From an uncultured Deinococcales bacterium (GTDB lineage Bacteria > Deinococcota > Deinococci > Deinococcales > JAAFIG01): a DNA stretch of 10,419 bases. Shown in pieces: positions 5,691 through 10,419 of the stretch. A program made the position numbers and the translations under genes. Positions within the stretch are counted from its first letter, which is position 1, and the number at the start of each line of letters is the position of its first letter. Where the stretch lies: contig CAXTTL010000172.1 of the NCBI GenBank assembly GCA_964247135.1, positions 1 through 10,419 on the forward strand, written 5' to 3'. The notes under the pieces were generated by a model. That model was not told where the DNA came from, ran no database searches, and was given only the letters and a program-made list of their open reading frames with translations.

Positions 5691-8600
5691 ATGAATCAGA
5701 TTTATCAAGCGACCCTCAAGCTTCTCGAGTCTGACCCTGACACCAAGGGTTCTCAAGCCATTCTCGATGAGGGTTTAAGCCGTTTGGGGAAAAGCCCCAC
5801 CGATGCCAATGTCCGAGAGATCGAAAAAGCCTTGAAATCCAACGTTTACCGCCAATTGCAGGTGTCTTTACCAGCCAATGCCGCCAAAGAAAAAATCCAG
5901 TCGATCTTGGCAAAAGTTGCCCTGATGGATGCGCCCGCCAGCGTCAGCCAGGCAGCCAACGCCCAAGCCGAACTTGAGCGCCAAGCGGCATTGATTGCGC
6001 CGCTCGATGCGGGACAAAAGCGTTTTACCTTGTATTTTGAATGGTCTGAGGTTCAGAAGTTTCGCAGCCAACTCAAGGTCATTCAAGAGCAGCAACAAGT
6101 CGGCAATTTGATTCCAGATTTGCTGCGCGACGCGGCACGTCAGCTCGAGCTGCTCGAGGAAAAACTGCAAGATTCCTTGGTGCGCCAAGGGCAGGACATC
6201 AACGAACTGTTGGCAGGATTTGAGCGCGTCAAAAGCATGGGCGGACCTCGGGTCAAACGGCTCGAGTCCCTGATCGGGCAGATTTCCGAATCTCAATCCT
6301 CGCAGTCGCTCGCGCCAGCCGAGGTCGAACGCGCCCGCAAGTTGGTCGTCGAGTTGCGCCGACTGGTCGAATCTTCGGTGGTGGCGGTCAGTGCAAGCCC
6401 AATCGAAGCCGAAGAAGATTCGATTGTTATCGAAGAACCTGTGGTTGCGCCGCTCGCGTCCGCGACCGGAGAAATTTTACAAATCGAATCTGCGGATGAC
6501 GACGATTTGGACATCAGTTTTGACTTTACCGAACTCGAACCCGAAGCCTCAGCCCGAATGCAGGAACTCGACCTCGCCGAAGAGCGCCGCAAACTCGAGA
6601 ACCTGGGACGCGACTACCGTGCGGTGCTCGAGGCGAGCGCCGATGCCAGCGTGGCACTCTCTGAGCTGCGGGAACGTAACAACAACAACGAACTGATCAA
6701 AGAAGACTTTGAACAGCTCAAAGCCACCCTCGAGACGCGCCACGCCGAAGAACTGCTGCGTCAACGCGAACGCATCGCGCAACTGCCCAAAGCCTTGGAA
6801 CGTTTTGCCAGCAGCGGCTTGGATGTCAAAGAGGCACGCTTGACCCTGTCCGTTGCCGAGGGCATGATCGGCTCGAACGTGTTGGCTGCCGACGAAATTG
6901 GTAAGTTAGAAGATTTGATCCGCACCTTCGAGCGCCAATTTGAGGAACGCGAACGTGCCAGACTCGAGGAACAAAGCCGGATTGAGCGTGCCCTGACCCG
7001 TCAAACCGCGACCTTGAATCAAATGCGCGAAGTGGTGCTCAGTTTCATGCCTTTGGGGCTTGACGCGATCAGCGGTTTCAACAACCGCCTTGCCGAACTC
7101 GAGCGTGACACCCAGGCGCGGGTCGTGCGTGAGGACATCACCAAAGCCCTCAGCGACGAGATGTTCAGTTTGCAACATGCGCTCGAGGCTTTGGAAACCC
7201 AAAAACGCCTTGAGGCAGAGCAAAAAGCCGAAGCCGAACGTCTGGCGCTGGCTGCCAAACTCGAGGTGGAACGCAAAGAACTCGAAGCCAAACTCGAAGC
7301 CGAACGAAAAGCGCTCGAGGAAAAAATTCGTTTGGAACGCGAAGAAGCCGAACGCAAAGCTGCTGAAAAAGCTGCCCGCGAACAAGCCGAACGCTTGGAA
7401 GCTGAACGCAAAGCTGCCGAAACGGCTGCAAGATTGGAAGCTGAACGCCTGGAAGCCGCCAAGCGCCAGATCGCCGAACGCGCCGAAGCGGAACGCAAAG
7501 AACTCGAAGCCAAGCTCGAGGCAGAACGCATCGCCGCCGCCAAACTCGAAGCAGAACGCGTTGCCGTCGCCAAACTTGAAGCCGAACGTGTCGAAACCGA
7601 ACGCTTAGCCGCCGAAAAAGCGGCGCGTGAAGCCGCCGAAAAACTCGAGATTGAGCGCCGCCAAGCCCAAGCCCGCGCCGAAGCCGAAGCCGCCGCCGCC
7701 GCCGCCAAAGCCGAAGCCGAACGCCTTGAAGCCGTGCGCCAAGCCCAACTGAGCCGCGAAACGGCGGCTTTGCGCACCTTGCGCTTTTCGCTGGCAGCGT
7801 TACCCGACCTTTCAGAAATCAGTGCCTCAATCGATGCGCTCGAAACCAGTTTTGAAACCGCCAGCAAAAAACTCGAGGCGGGCGAATTCATCACCGGCGA
7901 ACTCGAGGCATTCAAAACGAGCTTGGGCAACATTGGTCTGGAAGCCACCAAAGTCTTTGAAACCAAACTTCATAACCTCGAAGAACGCGCCAGCCAAATC
8001 AAAGCCAGCGAACTGCTCTCGGACATCAATGAGGCTCGAGAATCGCTCAAACTCGGAGAGCATCCAGACCTCAACCAACTCGAGGCATCCTTGCGGGCGC
8101 AACGCGAGGCACGTTTGAACGCCCAACGCCGCGAACTCTCCGAACTCGAGAGTGCCGTGCGCGAATACGCCGCCATCCCAGAAGCCTCTGGCTTGCTGAG
8201 CGAAATCACCAACGCCCGCGAAACCCACGAGGCGGGCAAATTGCTTGACCTTGCCAGCGCCTGGGACAAACTCGAGGATTTGCGCTTAAACGAAGAATCT
8301 GCCCTCAGCCAATGGCGTTCCAGAACCGATGCGCTGGTTGCCGAGTCCAAAGGTTACCGCGAAATGGGCGGCGAAACCATCAGGCAACTTTCACGCCTGA
8401 GCGATGCGCTCGCCGCCGAACGCAACATGAGCCGCATCACCCCAGAAACCCGCACCCGCCTCGAGAAAAACCTTGAAGAAGCCGAAGAACTGATTCTTCA
8501 CGCCCGTCAAGAGTATGCCGCCGCCAGCGCCGTGGCTGCCGCCCTCGCCGACTCGAGCCAAATCGACGACCTGCTCGGCGTGTTCTCGATGAAGCCAGTC

Positions 8601-9047
8601 GTGACCGTTAAAGTTCCCGAACCTGTCGTCATTGCCCAAACCCCAAGTGTTCCTGAAAGCCCGACCCAAGAGCACAACTCCCTCCACCAATGGCTGGCAG
8701 ACATCAGCCGCGAACGCGGCATTGGACAAACCGGCATCATTCGCAGCGACGGCACGCTCGAGGTTGGCAATGTCGCCCGCGCCAGCGAACTTGGGCATTT
8801 GCTTGCCGAAACCGAACGTTTCAACCTTGACCTCTCGAGCGAGCTGCGCCGCAAACCAGCCCGCCTTCACACCATCGAATATCAAGGTGGCGCGTTAATT
8901 GCCATGTTCATGCGCAAAAACGAAGCCGAAGCCAGCTCAAAATCGACCATTGTGATTCAACTCGAGGACATGGCAAGTTACAGCCGGATTTTTGCGCAAG
9001 CGCAACGCGATTACGATCAGTTGCTCGAGTGGGCGTTTGCAGGATAA
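5691..9047 (+). CDS. Large helical/coiled-coil protein (~1118 aa) with an N-terminal domain shared with 2420-3574, a central E/A/K/R-rich helix and a divergent C-terminal roadblock-like domain
   Basis: GGAG at 5682-5685 precedes the ATG at 5691. Alignment to the N-terminus of the 2420 ORF also supports this start over the TTG at 5667. The ORF is long, uninterrupted and rich in E/L/A/R/K. No Walker A motif or TM segment was seen. Confidence 0.88.
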   Translation: MNQIYQATLKLLESDPDTKGSQAILDEGLSRLGKSPTDANVREIEKALKSNVYRQLQVSLPANAAKEKIQSILAKVALMDAPASVSQAANAQAELERQAALIAPLDAGQKRFTLYFEWSEVQKFRSQLKVIQEQQQVGNLIPDLLRDAARQLELLEEKLQDSLVRQGQDINELLAGFERVKSMGGPRVKRLESLIGQISESQSSQSLAPAEVERARKLVVELRRLVESSVVAVSASPIEAEEDSIVIEEPVVAPLASATGEILQIESADDDDLDISFDFTELEPEASARMQELDLAEERRKLENLGRDYRAVLEASADASVALSELRERNNNNELIKEDFEQLKATLETRHAEELLRQRERIAQLPKALERFASSGLDVKEARLTLSVAEGMIGSNVLAADEIGKLEDLIRTFERQFEERERARLEEQSRIERALTRQTATLNQMREVVLSFMPLGLDAISGFNNRLAELERDTQARVVREDITKALSDEMFSLQHALEALETQKRLEAEQKAEAERLALAAKLEVERKELEAKLEAERKALEEKIRLEREEAERKAAEKAAREQAERLEAERKAAETAARLEAERLEAAKRQIAERAEAERKELEAKLEAERIAAAKLEAERVAVAKLEAERVETERLAAEKAAREAAEKLEIERRQAQARAEAEAAAAAAKAEAERLEAVRQAQLSRETAALRTLRFSLAALPDLSEISASIDALETSFETASKKLEAGEFITGELEAFKTSLGNIGLEATKVFETKLHNLEERASQIKASELLSDINEARESLKLGEHPDLNQLEASLRAQREARLNAQRRELSELESAVREYAAIPEASGLLSEITNARETHEAGKLLDLASAWDKLEDLRLNEESALSQWRSRTDALVAESKGYREMGGETIRQLSRLSDALAAERNMSRITPETRTRLEKNLEEAEELILHARQEYAAASAVAAALADSSQIDDLLGVFSMKPVVTVKVPEPVVIAQTPSVPESPTQEHNSLHQWLADISRERGIGQTGIIRSDGTLEVGNVARASELGHLLAETERFNLDLSSELRRKPARLHTIEYQGGALIAMFMRKNEAEASSKSTIVIQLEDMASYSRIFAQAQRDYDQLLEWAFAG
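7201..7745 (+). repeat. Coding repeat expansion (KLEAER / AAEKAARE units)
   Basis: A 39-bp near-identical duplication at 7268-7306 and 7490-7528 (3 mismatches). There are also a 30-bp tandem (IAAAKLEAER/VAVAKLEAER) and a repeated AAEKAARE. Confidence 0.8.
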
Positions 9048-9076
9048 AAGATGGAACTAGGACTTGGATTCTTTGA

Positions 9077-9108
9077 CCCTTCTCGCTTTCGAGAAGGGCG
9101 TTTTATTG
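9077..9108 (+). terminator. Probable intrinsic terminator of the roadblock module
   Basis: 9-bp stem CCCTTCTCG (9077-9085), loop CTTT, CGAGAAGGG (9090-9098), then CGTTTTATT. It starts 30 nt after the stop codon. Confidence 0.7.
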
Positions 9109-9131
9109 ATTGCTCGAGAATCCGTATTGTT

Positions 9132-9160
9132 TTGTCACAACTTCCCAAACGCGGTAAACT
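9132..9160 (+). promoter_or_regulatory. Sigma70-type leaderless promoter of ybaB-recR
   Basis: TTGTCA (9132-9137), 17 nt, TAAACT (9155-9160), 6 nt, ATG (9167). No Shine-Dalgarno. Confidence 0.8.
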
Positions 9161-9166
9161 GAATTC

Positions 9167-9478
9167 ATGAACATTCAAAAGCTCATGAAACAAGCGCAAA
9201 AGGCGCAACTTGCCCAAGCCGAAATGCAGGAACGTCTCGACGCCACCGCGATTGTGGGCAGTGCAGGCGGCGGCATGGTCAGCGTGACCGTCAATGGTTC
9301 GGGTGCGGTACGCGGCATCAAACTCGATAAAATGGTGGTTGACCCCAGCGATGTCGAGGCGCTAGAGGATTTGCTGCTGGTCGCCATTCAAGACGCGCAG
9401 AACAAAGCCAATGAACTCCAACAAGCCGAAGTCCAAAAAATCATGGGTGGGCTTGGTGGAATGCCAGGAATGCGATAA
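9167..9478 (+). CDS. ybaB: YbaB/EbfC family nucleoid-associated protein, 103 aa
   Basis: MNIQKLMKQAQKAQ...GSAGGGMVSVTVNG...VDPSDVEALEDLLLVAIQDA is the family signature. The gene lies directly upstream of recR. Confidence 0.96.
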   Translation: MNIQKLMKQAQKAQLAQAEMQERLDATAIVGSAGGGMVSVTVNGSGAVRGIKLDKMVVDPSDVEALEDLLLVAIQDAQNKANELQQAEVQKIMGGLGGMPGMR

Positions 9479-10090
9479 ATGAAATACCCCAACAGTTTGA
9501 TTCAACTCATCCGCGAACTCTCGAGACTCCCTGGGGTCGGACCCAAAAGCGCCCAACGGCTTGCGTTTCATCTGTTCTCGAGTTCCGATCAAGACGTCAA
9601 AAACTTAAGCGATGCGATTCTCGAGGCGAAAAAAATCTTGAAACTCTGCCCGATTTGCTTCAACATCACCGACACGGACTTGTGCGCGGTGTGCAGCGAC
9701 CCAAGCAGGGATCAGAACATCATTTGCGTGGTCGAAGAACCAGGCGATGTGATTGCGATTGAACGCAGCGGCGAGTTTGAAGGTTTGTACCACGTGCTTC
9801 ACGGCGCTCTCAGCCCAATGAACGGCGTGGGACCCGAACAAATCAAAATCGCAGGCTTGCTCGAGCGGATTCAAAACCGCGCTGGCGTTCCTGTCGAAGT
9901 GATCCTGGCGACCAGCACCACCGTCGAAGGTGAAGCCACCAGCATGTTCGTGCAACGCAGCCTCGAGCCTTTGGGCGTGAACGTCTCGAGGATCGCTTAC
10001 GGGCTGCCTGTGGGTGGGGCGCTCGAGTACGCGGATGAGGTCACGCTGGGACGGGCGATAGCGGGACGGCAGAAGGTTACGAAGATTTAA
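9479..10090 (+). CDS. recR: Recombination mediator RecR, 203 aa
   Basis: HhH motif LPGVGPKSAQRLAFHL, C4 zinc finger CPIC..CAVC, Toprim motifs CVVEEPGD, YHVLHGALSPMNGVGP, EVILAT..EGEAT and SRIAYGLPVGGALEYADEVTL. Confidence 0.98.
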   Translation: MKYPNSLIQLIRELSRLPGVGPKSAQRLAFHLFSSSDQDVKNLSDAILEAKKILKLCPICFNITDTDLCAVCSDPSRDQNIICVVEEPGDVIAIERSGEFEGLYHVLHGALSPMNGVGPEQIKIAGLLERIQNRAGVPVEVILATSTTVEGEATSMFVQRSLEPLGVNVSRIAYGLPVGGALEYADEVTLGRAIAGRQKVTKI

Positions 10091-10099
10091 AACTCGAGG

Positions 10100-10381
10100 T
10101 TAAAGGCTGTGCCAAGCATCCAAGATTGCTTTAGGGCTTCGTACTGCCACCCGCAAAAGCATTTTTGCTGCCCCACTTGGGTTTCTGCGCCCTTGCTCCC
10201 AACCTTCGACAGTACGCACCGAAACACCAAGCAGTCGTGCAAATTCGGCTCGAGGTAATTTGAGATTCTGACGAACTTCTTGCACCGATTCGATTTCACG
10301 TACCGAAACTCGGGCGGCTTTTGCCCGTCCATGAGATACTTCTACGGCTTCGAGCAAAGCACGTTTTACAGCGGTTTTCAT
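10100..10381 (-). CDS. Xre-family HTH protein (NadS/YiaG/HigA-antitoxin-like), ~93 aa
   Basis: VQEVRQNLKLPRAEFARLLGVSVRTVEGWEQGRRNPSGAAKMLL is a typical HTH_3 with WEQGRRxPSGAA. The ATG at 10381 (MKTAVKR) is preferred over the TTG at 10411 because of typical family length. Confidence 0.85.
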   Translation of the reverse strand: MKTAVKRALLEAVEVSHGRAKAARVSVREIESVQEVRQNLKLPRAEFARLLGVSVRTVEGWEQGRRNPSGAAKMLLRVAVRSPKAILDAWHSL

Positions 10382-10419
10382 AATGGTTGACGCGCCAAAC
10401 GATAACCGCAATCTAAAAA

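Larger units (their letters stand above)
343..10254. repeat. Dispersed highly iterated palindrome CTCGAG (~68 copies)
   Basis: Hand count of about 68 exact copies, e.g. at 343, 438, 508, 600, 965, 1052, 1103, 1276, 1320, 2266, 3585, 6144, 6153, 9113, 9962, 9985, 10022, 10093 and 10249. Confidence 0.93.

Noticed and set aside
7019-7966. 315-aa antisense ORF
   Set aside because: It is an S/A/R-rich shadow of the repetitive EAERK coding region, with no start signals or protein-like features.
5691-9047. SMC/chromosome-segregation ATPase or TolA assignment for the large protein
   Set aside because: No Walker A/B or signature motif, no hinge, and no N-terminal TM anchor. The similarity would be compositional only.
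343-10254. CTCGAG sites as a cloning/linker artefact or a CRISPR-like array
   Set aside because: The sites sit in frame within intact conserved genes such as recR, are irregularly spaced and have no conserved flanks.
10087-10332. 81-aa alternative minus-strand ORF as a toxin partner
   Set aside because: It lies almost entirely within the HTH gene in another frame and has no RelE/HigB-like features.

Overview
A 10.4-kb bacterial chromosomal segment, most likely from Deinococcota. The RecR N-terminus resembles the Deinococcus type, ybaB/ebfC is adjacent to recR without dnaX, and two genes have -10 boxes 6 nt before their ATG, as in leaderless promoters. Plus-strand gene order: 5'-truncated MFS transporter, P1/DmpA-family (S58) peptidase, a three-gene uncharacterised module, ybaB/ebfC, recR. 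A convergent Xre-HTH gene ends the window. The module encodes a roadblock/LC7-domain protein, a signal-peptide membrane protein ending in VEWDEEF, and an ~1118-aa helical-rod protein that appears paralogous to the first gene. Three things stand out. (1) The palindrome CTCGAG occurs about 68 times by hand count (about 2.5 expected), in all three codon phases and between genes, like a HIP1-type highly iterated palindrome. (2) The two roadblock-type paralogues around a membrane anchor may form an undescribed polarity or scaffold system. (3) A REP-like palindrome is interrupted by a 71-bp structured insert flanked by a 5-bp direct repeat. No tRNA, rRNA, CRISPR array or transposase was seen. All family assignments come from motif recognition by eye, not from database searches.
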